From positions 26,531 to 90,530 of the forward strand of contig JAZQMY010000005.1 in assembly GCA_045627045.1 (NCBI GenBank): 64,000 nucleotides of DNA. The letters run 5' to 3'. Positions 35,587 to 45,693 of this stretch are shown here, one piece after another. A model generated the notes under the pieces. That model worked only from the letters and a program-made list of their open reading frames with translations, was not told the DNA's origin and made no database searches. The first letter of the stretch is position 1. The number at the start of each line of letters is the position of its first letter. Made by a program: the position numbers and the translations under genes. Source of the DNA: Clostridia bacterium. Lineage in GTDB: Bacteria; Bacillota; Clostridia; HGM11327.

Positions 35587-35615
35587 ATTATAGCACAAGA
35601 GAAGCGGAATGTCAA
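35587..35615 (-). promoter_or_regulatory. Consensus promoter driving element A, element B and tRNA-Leu(UAA)
   Basis: Minus strand TTGACA, 17 nt, TATAAT, about 37 nt upstream of element A. Confidence 0.75.
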
Positions 35616-35644
35616 TATTTTTTTGATGAACGGATGAGGAAAAA

Positions 35645-35678
35645 CAAATAAAAACGGTGAAGCAAATGCTTCACCGTT
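35645..35678 (-). terminator. Terminator of the Na+-dependent transporter gene
   Basis: ACGGTGAAGC-atyt loop-GCTTCACCGT, 10-bp perfect stem, followed by TTTTT on the minus strand. Confidence 0.85.
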
Positions 35679-35700
35679 GATAAGAAGTGATAGATTAATA

Positions 35701-37203
35701 TTACTTCTCGTCCTCGTTGGTACCTGTTTCTTTCTTTGCAAAGCAGGCGAAATAAATGATTATTCCGACTACGAGAAGACCCACTGCCGAAAGCACGATT
35801 GCAAGACCGTTTTTATCAAACGTTCTTCCTGCTTCGCCGGCAGGCATAATAAGATCGAAAATACCGAAGATTTCAACGATTGCAATAAGCGCAGGCGTGA
35901 TGTATTTTACCATGAAAGCAAAAATCTTTCCGAATACACCGAACTTGGTACCGCCGTCTTCGATTTCTTTCACAATCTTCTTTGCGCCAACTATCCAACC
36001 GATACCGATACAACTGATGAATGCGCATACAGGCATGAGCACTGTGTTTGTGATTATGTCAAAGAGATCAAGAAGATCCTGACCGAACAGAGTGAATGAA
36101 GTGTCGCCGTTAAGAACTTTTCCGAGAGAAATGCTTATCGGAACAGAAACAAGGAAGCAGATTACAGCGACATATGTTGTAGCCTTTTTTCTGTTTGAGT
36201 GTGATTTCTGAATAACGAACTGCGTTGCAACCTCGAGAAGCGAGATAACTGATGTTACTGCGGCAACTGTTACCATTGCAAAGAAGAAGAATGAAACAAT
36301 CTGACCGAATGCACCGAGGTTTTCAAATACGAGCGGGAGAGTCTTGAACATAAGTCCGAGTCCGCCCATGCCGAGCTCACTCGTGGGCACTCCGTTAATT
36401 GCACTGTAATGGAATACGGCAGGGAAAATTGCCAGACCGCCGAGAAGTGCAACGAGTGTATCAAAGAGACAAATCATACCTGTTGACTTAACGAGGTTGA
36501 TTTCATCGCCTGCGTATGAACCGTAAGTGATCATGATACCCATACCGAGTGAAAGTGAGTAGAAGGCCTGTCCGAGTGCCGCAAGTGCCGTTTTCCACGT
36601 TACAGCTGAAAAATCAGGCTTGAGGTAGAAAGCGAGACCGTCGCTTACACCTTCACCAAGTGAAAGAGAATAAACGATAATAAAAAGAAGAATTACGAAA
36701 AGCACAGGCATAAGTACCTTTGAGGCTTTTTCGATACCATCTTTTACGCCACCCATAATAATGACCATAGCAAGAACGATAAATATTGCAGAGCAGAGAA
36801 TTGCATCTCCGATATTACCTGCAAATATTTCAAATTGTCCTGCGTTTCCGACAAATGAATTCAAAGCAAACTTAACTGTATATCCACCGAGAACGGAATA
36901 GTAGCAAGCAATGAATGCAGGAACGATTATGACAATAAGACCTATCCAGCCAAGCTTGGGGCTGATTTTTTTGAACGCTGTTACAGGGTTTGCATGAGCT
37001 CTTTTTCCGATGTATATTTCGGCAATCATTGTTACAAGACCGAGAAACAATACACTGCAAATATACAAAAGAACAAAAGCGGCACCGCCGTTTGCGCTTG
37101 TTTTGTACGGGAAAGCCCAAAGGTTTCCCAGACCGATTGCGGATCCTGCAGCTGACAGAATAAAGCCTATGCCGCTGGCGAATCCGTTCCTTTTCTTTTC
37201 CAT
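35701..37203 (-). CDS. Sodium-dependent transporter, neurotransmitter:sodium symporter (SNF/NSS) family
   Basis: N-terminal GFILSAAGSAIGLGNLWAFPY is the NSS signature. 500 aa, about 11-12 TM segments. Confidence 0.9.
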   Translation of the reverse strand: MEKKRNGFASGIGFILSAAGSAIGLGNLWAFPYKTSANGGAAFVLLYICSVLFLGLVTMIAEIYIGKRAHANPVTAFKKISPKLGWIGLIVIIVPAFIACYYSVLGGYTVKFALNSFVGNAGQFEIFAGNIGDAILCSAIFIVLAMVIIMGGVKDGIEKASKVLMPVLFVILLFIIVYSLSLGEGVSDGLAFYLKPDFSAVTWKTALAALGQAFYSLSLGMGIMITYGSYAGDEINLVKSTGMICLFDTLVALLGGLAIFPAVFHYSAINGVPTSELGMGGLGLMFKTLPLVFENLGAFGQIVSFFFFAMVTVAAVTSVISLLEVATQFVIQKSHSNRKKATTYVAVICFLVSVPISISLGKVLNGDTSFTLFGQDLLDLFDIITNTVLMPVCAFISCIGIGWIVGAKKIVKEIEDGGTKFGVFGKIFAFMVKYITPALIAIVEIFGIFDLIMPAGEAGRTFDKNGLAIVLSAVGLLVVGIIIYFACFAKKETGTNEDEK

Positions 37204-37373
37204 ATTTTACCTCCGCATGAAAAGCATACCTTGAAATTATAACATAAAATAATATATAATTCAATATTATTTTTCTAAAAAATAAAAAAATTTTCATTTT
37301 TCAGGGAAAAGGTAATATAGTATATGATGACTGAATCTGTAGCAGAATAATTGTTTTATACAGATAAACATAA

Positions 37374-37402
37374 TTGACTTTATCCGGTGTGAGTGATATA
37401 AT
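37374..37402 (+). promoter_or_regulatory. Promoter upstream of the deacetylase genes
   Basis: TTGACT, 17 nt, TGaTATAAT. Confidence 0.65.
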
Positions 37403-37466
37403 AGAATCGTAAAGTTCACGGGCAAAGCCACCCGAAGCTATTGAAAACTCTTGACAGGAGAATAAT

Positions 37467-38402
37467 ATGGACAGGAATGATATCAGATTTTGCTACCCAA
37501 ACTGGGCACCGAAGGCAGTAACGTTTTCAATTGATGACGGACATAATGTACTCGATAAAAAGTTTATGAGCTATGTCAAGCCGGCAGGAATCAAGGGCAC
37601 TTTTAACCTTACGGGAAGAGAGCCGTCTCCGTCACCTGACTATCCGCAGATGTATGAGGACTACGGCATTGCAAATCATTGCAAGGCTCATCCCTTTGCT
37701 CTGACAGAGGACAAGAAACATCTTGTTGTGAATGAACCTTATGACGGGGAGACCGCAAAGGATAATACGATTTATCCAAGAGATGAAAGGGGTCTTTATT
37801 TTTTCAGGATAAACAAGAATATGATATGGCCTATTGCCGAAATATGGAAATATATAGAGCTTATAGACAAGGCACAGAGAGAGCTTGAAGAGATTTTCGG
37901 AAAAGGCAGGATACGTGACTTTGTATGGCCCTTCGGAAAGCAGAGATCACCCGAGCTTATCGACTACATCAATTCTCACTTTTATTCATGCAGAAACTCG
38001 AATGTGATCAAGGATACCTTCGGCTATGAAGTGCCGCCGGATAAGAATGACTGGTCGATCACGGCTGGCTGGAGTGATCTTGTTGATCAGGCAAAGAAAT
38101 TTGCGGCTCTTGAGGATGATTCAAAGCTCCGTTTCTTCTGTATAGGAATGCACTCTCACGATTATGAGAACAATAACAGCTGGGAGTCACTTGAGTTTGC
38201 CTGCAATCTTTTCGGCAATCAGCCTGACAAGTATTATTCTGACGATGTTGACGGCTTGTTTGACTATTCCGATGCGGTGAATGCAGTGAAGTTCATTGAC
38301 GGAAAGCCCGTGAATGAGTCCGGCATTGATATCTGGATGAAGGTGAACGGAAAGAAGGCTATTCTTGAGAAGAAGTCTTCATATATCAGATGGATCGATT
38401 GA
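37467..38402 (+). CDS. Polysaccharide deacetylase (CE4/NodB-like) family protein
   Basis: The AVTFSIDDG motif is NodB motif 1. The remainder is divergent. Confidence 0.6.
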   Translation: MDRNDIRFCYPNWAPKAVTFSIDDGHNVLDKKFMSYVKPAGIKGTFNLTGREPSPSPDYPQMYEDYGIANHCKAHPFALTEDKKHLVVNEPYDGETAKDNTIYPRDERGLYFFRINKNMIWPIAEIWKYIELIDKAQRELEEIFGKGRIRDFVWPFGKQRSPELIDYINSHFYSCRNSNVIKDTFGYEVPPDKNDWSITAGWSDLVDQAKKFAALEDDSKLRFFCIGMHSHDYENNNSWESLEFACNLFGNQPDKYYSDDVDGLFDYSDAVNAVKFIDGKPVNESGIDIWMKVNGKKAILEKKSSYIRWID

Positions 38403-38454
38403 CGAAAGCATGTCCCGCGCCTGAAGCAGATACGGCATTATTTTGAACATAATG

Positions 38455-38485
38455 ATACCCGGAAAAACTTCCGGGTATTTTTTAT
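38455..38485 (+). terminator. Rho-independent terminator
   Basis: ATACCCGGAA-aaac-TTCCGGGTAT followed by TTTTTT. Confidence 0.85.
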
Positions 38486-38566
38486 AGATGCAGGCAGTTG
38501 AAATAAAACGGCTTTTATGGTAAAATTAAAATATAAAACAACTTTATCGGAAAAAGGAGAATAAAT

Positions 38567-39262
38567 ATGTTCAACGGCAAGATGAAGGCTGTCACATTCA
38601 GCTATGATGACGGAGTTTTTCAGGATAAAAGACTTATAGCATTGTTCAACAAGTACGATCTGAAGGGTACATTCAATCTGAATTCGGGGCTATTCGGAAA
38701 CCTCTGGAATCTTGACGTTATGGGAAATTTTGTTCCACACGTCCGCTTTCCTGCAAGGGAAATCCGCAAAATATATGAAGGACACGAAATTGCAGTGCAT
38801 TCTCTTACGCATCCTTATCTTGAAAATCTTGGGGACGAGGAATTTATAAACGAAATAGAGCAGGACAGACTAAACCTTTCGGAGCTTGCAGGCTATGATG
38901 TTGTCGGAATGGCTTATCCGGGCGGCTCAGGCTATCATACGGAGCATTACCTTGACCTCGTACGCAGCTGCACCGGAATCAGGTATGCAAGAACGACGCA
39001 TTCTGTTTATAATTTTGATTTACAGACAAATCTTGTCCGATTCAATCCGACAATATATCATCTTGAATGGGACAGGCTTTTTGAATTGGCAGAAAACTTT
39101 ATTGGTATGAAGCCTGAAGAACCCAAGCTTTTCTATATCTGGGGACATGCATACGAGCTCGATTACAGCGAAGAGGGCTGGGAGAAGTACGAAGAATTCT
39201 GCAGGATGATAAGCGGCAGGGACGATATATTCTACGGAACAAACAGTGAGTGCATCCTGTAA
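38567..39262 (+). CDS. Polysaccharide deacetylase (CE4/NodB-like) family protein
   Basis: AVTFSYDDG, HEIAVHSLTHP (His-His metal motif) and MAYPGG motifs. Confidence 0.75.
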   Translation: MFNGKMKAVTFSYDDGVFQDKRLIALFNKYDLKGTFNLNSGLFGNLWNLDVMGNFVPHVRFPAREIRKIYEGHEIAVHSLTHPYLENLGDEEFINEIEQDRLNLSELAGYDVVGMAYPGGSGYHTEHYLDLVRSCTGIRYARTTHSVYNFDLQTNLVRFNPTIYHLEWDRLFELAENFIGMKPEEPKLFYIWGHAYELDYSEEGWEKYEEFCRMISGRDDIFYGTNSECIL

Positions 39263-39377
39263 TATGGAATATTGTTGTTTTGTATTATTTTATAGAAAAA
39301 TATGATTTTTTATTTAATTTGCTATTGCAATTTTTGTAAAACAGTGCTATAATAACACAGTAAACAAATTGCTACAC

Positions 39378-39542
39378 GCAATACGCAGGAAAAGGCTCGT
39401 ATGGGCCGCCGAAGGAGTAACACTCTCAGGTATCGATTCGATGGGACTGTGTATGTGCAGAGCTCCGGAGAAGTCCACTAAATGGGTACCGAAGGTGCAA
39501 GGCTTTAAGCCGAATCTCTCAGGTAAAAGGACGGAGGTCTTA
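39378..39542 (+). ncRNA. Tandem glycine riboswitch
   Basis: Two aptamers: ..GGAAAAGG..CCGAAGGAGTAA..CTCTCAGG..GGGAC and CTCCGGAGAAG..ACCGAAGGTGCAAG..CTCTCAGGTAAAAGGACGGAG. Upstream of an alanine/glycine symporter, which is a classical context. Confidence 0.88.
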
Positions 39543-39574
39543 AGCGAGTTATAGAATAACTTGTATTTTTTCCG

Positions 39575-39604
39575 GAGCCAACAGAAATGTTTGGCTCTTT
39601 TTGT
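39575..39604 (+). terminator. Expression-platform terminator of the glycine riboswitch
   Basis: GAGCCAA-9 nt-TTGGCTC followed by TTTTTG, between the aptamers and the symporter RBS. Confidence 0.75.
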
Positions 39605-39641
39605 TTATAATTTTAACATACGATTCGGGAGGAATCATAAA

Positions 39642-41156
39642 ATGTGGGAAAACATTATCCACGCTATCACGGTCGCCAATGATTATGTAAACAACATAGT
39701 ATGGGGCTGGCCGGTAATCATTCTTATCCTGGGCACAGGTCTTTTGCTCAGTATCCGTACACGTTTTCTTCAGCTGAGAAAATTCGGTGAGTCAATCAAC
39801 ACGACTATCGTTCCTGCCGTAAAGAGCATCGGCAAGAAGAAAAAGGTTGATAAGAATGCAAAGTCAGTATCACAGTTCGAAGCGTTTTCAGCTGCTATTT
39901 CGGGTACGGTAGGTACAGGCAACATCATCGGTGTTACATCAGCTATCCTTACAGGCGGCCCCGGCGCAGTATTTTGGATGTGGATATCAGCATTTTTCGG
40001 AATGGTAACAAACTACTCTGAAAACGTTCTCGGTCTTTATTACAGAAAAAAGGACAAGCATGGCAATTTCTCCGGCGGCGCCTTCTATTATATTGCAGAC
40101 GGACTCAAGTGGAAATGGCTTGCATACATTGCCGCAGTCTTCTGTCTCATTGCCGCAGCAGGCATGAGCGGCGTTCAGGCAAACAAGATTGCAGGAACAA
40201 TTCAGTCCACATTTTCAGGCTCAATCAGCATTGACCCCACTGTTTTCAAGCTTATTATCGGTGCGATAGTTGCGATTCTCATTGCCCTTATCATCATGGG
40301 CGGCATCAAAAGAATCGGTAAGATAGCATCATTGCTTGTTCCTTTCATGTCATTGCTCTTTATCGTGCTTTCACTTGTAATCATAATAATCAATATCGCA
40401 TCTCTTCCTGCAGCGTTTGGTCTTATCTTCAAGAGTGCATTCAACTTCAAGGCAGCAGGAAGCGGTATCATGGGCTATGCTTTTGCTCAGGTAATCAAGA
40501 AGGGTATGGCACGAGGTGTATTCTCAAATGAAGCAGGTCTGGGTTCATCTGTTATTGCTCACTCTGCATCGGAAACAAGAGAACCTGTAAAGCAGGGTCT
40601 CTGGGGTGTTTTCGAGGTATTCTTCGATACATTCGTAATCTGCACACTTACAGCCGTGGTTGTACTTACTTCATATGATGTCAGCGCTTTTACCGGTCTT
40701 GAGAGCGATACGGCAGTTGCCATCGGAGCATTCTCAAATGTATTCGGTTCATTCGGTACAGCTTGCTTTACGATAATTCTTCCGCTCTTTGCCTTCACAA
40801 CAATTCTCGCATGGTCATATTACGGCGAGAAGGCCTGTGAGTTCTGCTTCCAGTGGCTTGGCGAGAAGGGCAGAAAGATTGCTGTTATCGTATTCAAGGT
40901 AATATATGTCCTGTTTATTGTATGCGCTGCAATTATTGAGAGCGATCTCGTATGGGCTATTGATGATACGGCAAACGGACTTATGTCAATCCCGAACCTT
41001 GTTGCACTCGTTCTTTTGAGCGGCGTTGTGGTAAAGGTTACGAAGAATTATTTCGATCGTAAGAACGGCAAGAACGTTGAGCCTATGCTTTCAAACGATC
41101 CTGAGCTGAACGAAGAGTTCAAGAAGGATATCGCTGAGGAAGAAAAGCAGGCATAA
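39642..41156 (+). CDS. Alanine/glycine:cation symporter (AGCS family)
   Basis: Start moved to ATG 39642 after GGGAGG. SQFEAFSAAISGTVGTGNI and FSNEAGLGS are AGCS signatures. Confidence 0.9.
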   Translation: MWENIIHAITVANDYVNNIVWGWPVIILILGTGLLLSIRTRFLQLRKFGESINTTIVPAVKSIGKKKKVDKNAKSVSQFEAFSAAISGTVGTGNIIGVTSAILTGGPGAVFWMWISAFFGMVTNYSENVLGLYYRKKDKHGNFSGGAFYYIADGLKWKWLAYIAAVFCLIAAAGMSGVQANKIAGTIQSTFSGSISIDPTVFKLIIGAIVAILIALIIMGGIKRIGKIASLLVPFMSLLFIVLSLVIIIINIASLPAAFGLIFKSAFNFKAAGSGIMGYAFAQVIKKGMARGVFSNEAGLGSSVIAHSASETREPVKQGLWGVFEVFFDTFVICTLTAVVVLTSYDVSAFTGLESDTAVAIGAFSNVFGSFGTACFTIILPLFAFTTILAWSYYGEKACEFCFQWLGEKGRKIAVIVFKVIYVLFIVCAAIIESDLVWAIDDTANGLMSIPNLVALVLLSGVVVKVTKNYFDRKNGKNVEPMLSNDPELNEEFKKDIAEEEKQA

Positions 41157-41181
41157 CAAACATATTCGGAAAATATATATT

Positions 41182-41219
41182 TCAGAGCGGTTAAGATAAT
41201 TGACCGCTCTGATTTTTTA
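41182..41219 (+). terminator. Rho-independent terminator
   Basis: TCAGAGCGGT-11 nt-ACCGCTCTGA followed by TTTTTT. Confidence 0.85.
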
Positions 41220-41534
41220 TAGGCAAATATGAAATCAAAAATGAAATTGGACAGCGACAAAAGACTTTATCGGCTCTGAAATGAAAGATAGCTTTGGATG
41301 AGATTTGATCGGAAAACGTGAAACATTGATCCTGCGGCGCAGATGTGCGCCTCTGCGGGCTGAAAATAAAACATCCTTCGGAATCGGATGAGAAGAGAGG
41401 ACATTCTTCACACACGTTCAGGAAAGATACATAAAAATTTTCTTGACTAAAAAAGAAAAAAATGATACAATTAAAAATATTTATATAAAAAAATAACGAA
41501 AACCGCCTCTTTGTCAGTTTTCGGGGAGTGTTAT

Positions 41535-42812
41535 ATGCCGAATTTCAAACGATTCGATTTTTTGAAGGATCCGAAACGCTTCAAAACGTATTTAAGACCG
41601 GTCGCAAATCTGATCTGCGCACCGTATCTGAAAAAATACAAGCCGAGGATCACGTTTCATAACGGTGCGGAAAATGTCAAGGGACCGTTCCTGCTCCTGT
41701 GCAATCATAATTCATTTATGGATTTCAGCGTTGCATACAAGCTGCTGAAAGGGGAAAATCCGAATTTTGTCGTTGCAATTGACGGTTTCATAGGCAGAGA
41801 ATGGCTTCTTCGGGACATAGGATGTATCTGCAAACGCAAATTTACGAATGATACCGTGCTTGTCCGCAAAATCAAAAAGGTACTCGATCGCGGCGACATT
41901 CCAGTAATTTATCCGGAGGCACGTTACTCGCTCTGCGGGACAACGGCTGTTCTTCCAAAGTCGCTCGGCAAAATGGTGAAGCTTTTCCGCGTGCCTGTCA
42001 TGACGCTGATTTGTCACGGCCACCATATCAATGAACCATTCTGGGATACTTCTCACGCAAGAGGAATTCCCTATAACGAAGCTGATTATACACTTCTTTT
42101 CACAAAAGAGGAATTAGATGAGCTTTCCGTTGACGAAATCAACAGCCGCCTTGCCGAGACATTCAGATATGATGATTTTGCGTGGCAGAAGGAAAAGAAA
42201 ATCTGTATTGATGATCCGAAGCGTGCGGACGGATTGGATAAAGTTCTGTATCAGTGTCCCTGCTGCAATAAGGAATTCGGTATGAAATCCGAAGGTACCC
42301 GGATTTACTGTTCACATTGCGGAAAAACTTGGGAAATGACTGAGTACGGTGAGCTGAAGGCGACAAACGGTGAGACTGAATTTTCTCATATACCGGACTG
42401 GTACGAATGGGAGCGTGCGAATGTCAGAAAAGAAGTGGAGGAGGGCAGATACTCAACGGGAATCATGCCTGTCAGAGTGAAATCACTTCCGAATGCGAAA
42501 AAGTTCATCGACGTAGGAACGGGAACGATGATTCACGATATGCAGGGCTTTTATGTGAAGCTCGACAATCCGGAAAAGAGCGATACAACAGAAATCTGCC
42601 TGAAAGCTGCAAATACCTATTCAGTCCACATTGAATACCGCTATCTCTTCAAAAACGGTGACTGCGTGGATCTGAATACATCAAAGGACACCTGGTACGT
42701 ATATCCTTATGACTGCGATTTTTCCGTGACGAAAATGGCACTGGCAACGGAGGAGCTGTATTTTGAGAAAATGCGAAAATCCGGAAAGGAAATACAACCG
42801 GGGCTTGCCTGA
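41535..42812 (+). CDS. Acyltransferase (PlsC/LPLAT family) with extra C-terminal domain
   Basis: H-x4-D acyltransferase motif NHNSFMD. YPEARYS resembles motif III. CxxC..CxxC zinc-ribbon-like pairs occur mid-protein. Start moved to ATG 41535. Confidence 0.7.
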   Translation: MPNFKRFDFLKDPKRFKTYLRPVANLICAPYLKKYKPRITFHNGAENVKGPFLLLCNHNSFMDFSVAYKLLKGENPNFVVAIDGFIGREWLLRDIGCICKRKFTNDTVLVRKIKKVLDRGDIPVIYPEARYSLCGTTAVLPKSLGKMVKLFRVPVMTLICHGHHINEPFWDTSHARGIPYNEADYTLLFTKEELDELSVDEINSRLAETFRYDDFAWQKEKKICIDDPKRADGLDKVLYQCPCCNKEFGMKSEGTRIYCSHCGKTWEMTEYGELKATNGETEFSHIPDWYEWERANVRKEVEEGRYSTGIMPVRVKSLPNAKKFIDVGTGTMIHDMQGFYVKLDNPEKSDTTEICLKAANTYSVHIEYRYLFKNGDCVDLNTSKDTWYVYPYDCDFSVTKMALATEELYFEKMRKSGKEIQPGLA

Positions 42813-42840
42813 ACAACTGAAAAATAAACATTATGAAACA

Positions 42841-42880
42841 CCCTCCGAAAGGTCTGACCTCCGGAGGGCACTTTATTTTG
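42841..42880. terminator. Terminator between convergent genes
   Basis: CCCTCCG...CGGAGGG hairpin followed by a T-rich run. Confidence 0.6.
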
Positions 42881-42910
42881 CTTGGGGACAATTTATAAAC
42901 GGGTTTTTAA

Positions 42911-43657
42911 TCAGATATTAATGACGTTGATGGATCTGCATATATCATTAAGGAGATCAAAGAATGAGTCAAGAGTGATCTGAGCGGATAACATTACGGT
43001 ATCAACTTCAACACCGTAGTATTCCAGGTAGTATTGAAGATTATCCTCTGAAAATGCGAAGTAAGCACAAATATCGTCAAAAGCCAGGGATTCCTCGTCA
43101 ATATGCATATACTTTGTAAGTGAATGCAAATCAAACATATAAGGATTATATTCTTCCGGCATAAGCTCAACTGTTATCTGACCTGAAGTGCAGTCTACTA
43201 GAAGTATCCTGTCATAATAGCTGAACACGAGGACTTCCTTTTCTGCTGACATACCTCTGATCAGGTTTTCAAGGCTGTCTTTTTTAGTACAATCAATTAC
43301 GAAAAGCCCATTGGTGAACGGATTATTCATATATCCGAATTTGCTTTCAGATAATTCGGAAATTGTTGCCTGAAAATAATAATCTGTTTCAAGCTCAAAT
43401 TCACATGAATCATTCATTACAAGATAGGTACAATCCATAAGAATAACGTCTGAAGAACCATTATGAGGATTCTTGGGAGAGAAAAATACAGATGTGAGCA
43501 AAATCGACAACAGAATTACTGCTGCTGAAGCAGAAATAATAGCAGTGTAGACTGTTTTGCGCTTTGAATTTTTTGAATTTGTTTTTTGCGGATTTGCTTC
43601 TTCAATGTAGATATCATCAATTGATGAAAGCTGTTTACTTAATTCTAATTTATTCAT
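42911..43657 (-). CDS. Putative anti-sigma factor / single-pass membrane protein
   Basis: ATGA overlap with the upstream ECF sigma gene. Short cytoplasmic N-terminus, one TM (VYTAIISASAAVILLSILL) and an extracytoplasmic domain. Confidence 0.55.
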   Translation of the reverse strand: MNKLELSKQLSSIDDIYIEEANPQKTNSKNSKRKTVYTAIISASAAVILLSILLTSVFFSPKNPHNGSSDVILMDCTYLVMNDSCEFELETDYYFQATISELSESKFGYMNNPFTNGLFVIDCTKKDSLENLIRGMSAEKEVLVFSYYDRILLVDCTSGQITVELMPEEYNPYMFDLHSLTKYMHIDEESLAFDDICAYFAFSEDNLQYYLEYYGVEVDTVMLSAQITLDSFFDLLNDICRSINVINI

Positions 43658-44202
43658 AATATATTCTCCTTTATCAAGTGTGTTTTAAGGTCTGATCTTG
43701 TTCTGTGCAGAACAGTTTTAACATTGCTTTCGGTTAGTGAGTTGTTTTTTGCAATTTCAGATATGGAGCAGCAGTAAAAGTATCTCTGAATAAATACTAT
43801 CCTGTCACGCTTTGACAGCGTAGCAAGAAATACGTTCAGAGCATTCTTAATAGCAAGACTGTTTGTAATGTCGGGAGTGTTATCAGGAAAGCACTCTGAG
43901 AACTCATCGATTGAAACATCTGCTTCAGAATTTCGCTTTGATGCTGTTTTTCTGTCAAACATATTCAAAGCAATATTTCTTGTGATCCTGCCCAGGTAGG
44001 CACGAAGATTATCAGGATGCTCAGGCGGAATGTTATTCCATACGGCTAAAAGCGCATCGTTTATACATTCTTCGGCATCTTCGTTTGAATTCAGAATATT
44101 ATAAGCTATGTAGCTCATGTATCGTTTGTATTGCTTTTCTGTTTCGAGAATTGCATTTTCAGAACGGATGGAAAACAACTGCAACAGTTCCTTATCATTC
44201 AT
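43654..44202 (-). CDS. ECF-type RNA polymerase sigma factor
   Basis: Start moved to ATG 44202 after AAGGAGG. Region 2 (..DAEECINDALLAVW..) and a region 4 HTH (CSISEIAKNNSLTESNVKTVLHRTR). Confidence 0.8.
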   Translation of the reverse strand: MNDKELLQLFSIRSENAILETEKQYKRYMSYIAYNILNSNEDAEECINDALLAVWNNIPPEHPDNLRAYLGRITRNIALNMFDRKTASKRNSEADVSIDEFSECFPDNTPDITNSLAIKNALNVFLATLSKRDRIVFIQRYFYCCSISEIAKNNSLTESNVKTVLHRTRSDLKTHLIKENIL

Positions 44203-44531
44203 GATATACCTCCTTGTTTTAGCTGAAAGGCCTTTCAATACTAAAGTAATAATTTGCCATAAAAAGGTTACAAAATAAAAAAATAATTATGAACTGCCGT
44301 ATATACTAACATAATCAGATAATAAAGTCAATCAGTTCTATGTCAGCAGGCAGGATAGTTATTACGGATAATTATAATTTGTTTTTCGGAAAAGTGTGGT
44401 CAGAGAAGGGCTGATGCCGGATAGGATAAAAATGTTATGTAGTAAAGAGATTGTTGATTGATTTTGTATCTTGCCAGGAAACTTCAGCATAAAATCGAAA
44501 GCGAAGGCATCCACCTCGCTTTTTTGACATG

Positions 44532-44560
44532 AAAAAAGTGTCCGTGAAACTCACGAACAC
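44532..44560 (-). terminator. Orphaned terminator of tRNA-Leu(GAG) copy 1, now separated from it by the 15.3 kb element
   Basis: Minus strand GTGTTCGTGA-gtt-TCACGGACAC followed by TTTTTT. The 37-nt segment 44534-44570 equals 60282-60318 (downstream of tRNA copy 2) with one mismatch. Confidence 0.8.
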
Positions 44561-44571
44561 TTGATCTGGTA

Positions 44572-44593
44572 CGAGTGTTCATAAGGGATTTGA
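44572..44593 (+). repeat. Left terminal inverted repeat of the element
   Basis: CGAGTGTTCATAAGGGATTTGA. The reverse complement of 59816-59837 is CGAGTATTCATAAGGGACTTGA, so 20 of 22 positions are identical. Confidence 0.8.
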
Positions 44594-44676
44594 TAAATCA
44601 AATTACTCCGGCTCCGAATACATATATTCTTACTCGTATCCATTGCCGTTTGCAAATAATAATTTTGGATGATGAA

Positions 44677-45693
44677 TTACAGTGTGTATTTCTCTTGCAA
44701 GCATTGTATCAATTTAGGTATATATTCAATTTCATTTGCTATTATTTCTTTTATAGTATTGTCGATGTTTTCAAAATGCTTTTTATTCTGAGTTAATTCC
44801 ATTTTTATACCGAGAAGATGTATGTTTTCGGCTCTTTTATAATTCGTTTTTGCAAACAAACAAATTTCCTGGTTTTCAGGTAAAAACAAGTCACAGATTT
44901 GATTTAGAATCCACTCATGTTCAAGCAACACTCTTGCATACCTTCTGTCAACGTAAGCGTAGTCACTGTTTGTAATTTCATTTATGAAATAATCTCTTAC
45001 TCTTATGAGAGTCGAAATACCAAGAGATGCCTCATTAGGTAAATATTCTATTTCTGAAATATAGTCTTTAAGGTTTTTTATCATTCTTTTTATATTTGGT
45101 TCAGGTTCTGCGTTATCATTATAGCTTATAAAGTCAAGATTAATCAGTTCTCCTTTAATTGTCATTAGCCCAAGAATTACCTCTGCTTGTGAAGATTCAA
45201 ATCTCTCAAATACCCCGTTTTCAGTGTATCCTTCTAAAATGAAATTATCATCGTTATAACCGATAATTAAGAAATCGTGTGTATAATCAAAGTTGTGATA
45301 TGCATTTGTATGACAGACGTACTTCTCGTTGATGTTGCCATGAACATAGCAATTGTTATCTAATGATTCCTTTAAGATATACGATAAATTCAAACCGAAA
45401 ACATCCACTAAATCTTTCCGAATATATAAAGTCTGCTTAACCGTTAGTTTCTCTTCTGTTCCCCATAAATCTGTTGTCAAAATATTAAATTTGTTGTTTT
45501 TTGAATTTGGATAATATGAACAACTAACACATTTTGTGCATGCCCATTTTGTTATCTCTTGTGGAGCATTTGCCTGAATAATACCAAATGGATATGCAAG
45601 ATTATGATAACTTAATAATATTGGTTTTTCGGGGAACGGTAATATTTTCATTTCGTTAAATCTCATATTTTCTGATCTATAATTTGTTGACAT
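44677..45693 (-). CDS. Hypothetical protein, possibly papain-fold (C39/BtrH-N-like)
   Basis: 338 aa. Overlaps the FkbH-like gene end by 17 nt. The HDFLIIGYNDDNFILEGY segment resembles the catalytic-His strand (H-x-hydrophobic-GYD) of C39-like/BtrH-like proteins. Otherwise unrecognised. Confidence 0.5.
   Translation of the reverse strand: MSTNYRSENMRFNEMKILPFPEKPILLSYHNLAYPFGIIQANAPQEITKWACTKCVSCSYYPNSKNNKFNILTTDLWGTEEKLTVKQTLYIRKDLVDVFGLNLSYILKESLDNNCYVHGNINEKYVCHTNAYHNFDYTHDFLIIGYNDDNFILEGYTENGVFERFESSQAEVILGLMTIKGELINLDFISYNDNAEPEPNIKRMIKNLKDYISEIEYLPNEASLGISTLIRVRDYFINEITNSDYAYVDRRYARVLLEHEWILNQICDLFLPENQEICLFAKTNYKRAENIHLLGIKMELTQNKKHFENIDNTIKEIIANEIEYIPKLIQCLQEKYTL

Noticed and set aside
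39369-39641. A 61-aa ORF (39369-39554) and the N-terminal 27 codons of the 39561 ORF.
   Set aside because: This region is the tandem glycine riboswitch and its terminator. The symporter starts at ATG 39642 behind GGGAGG.
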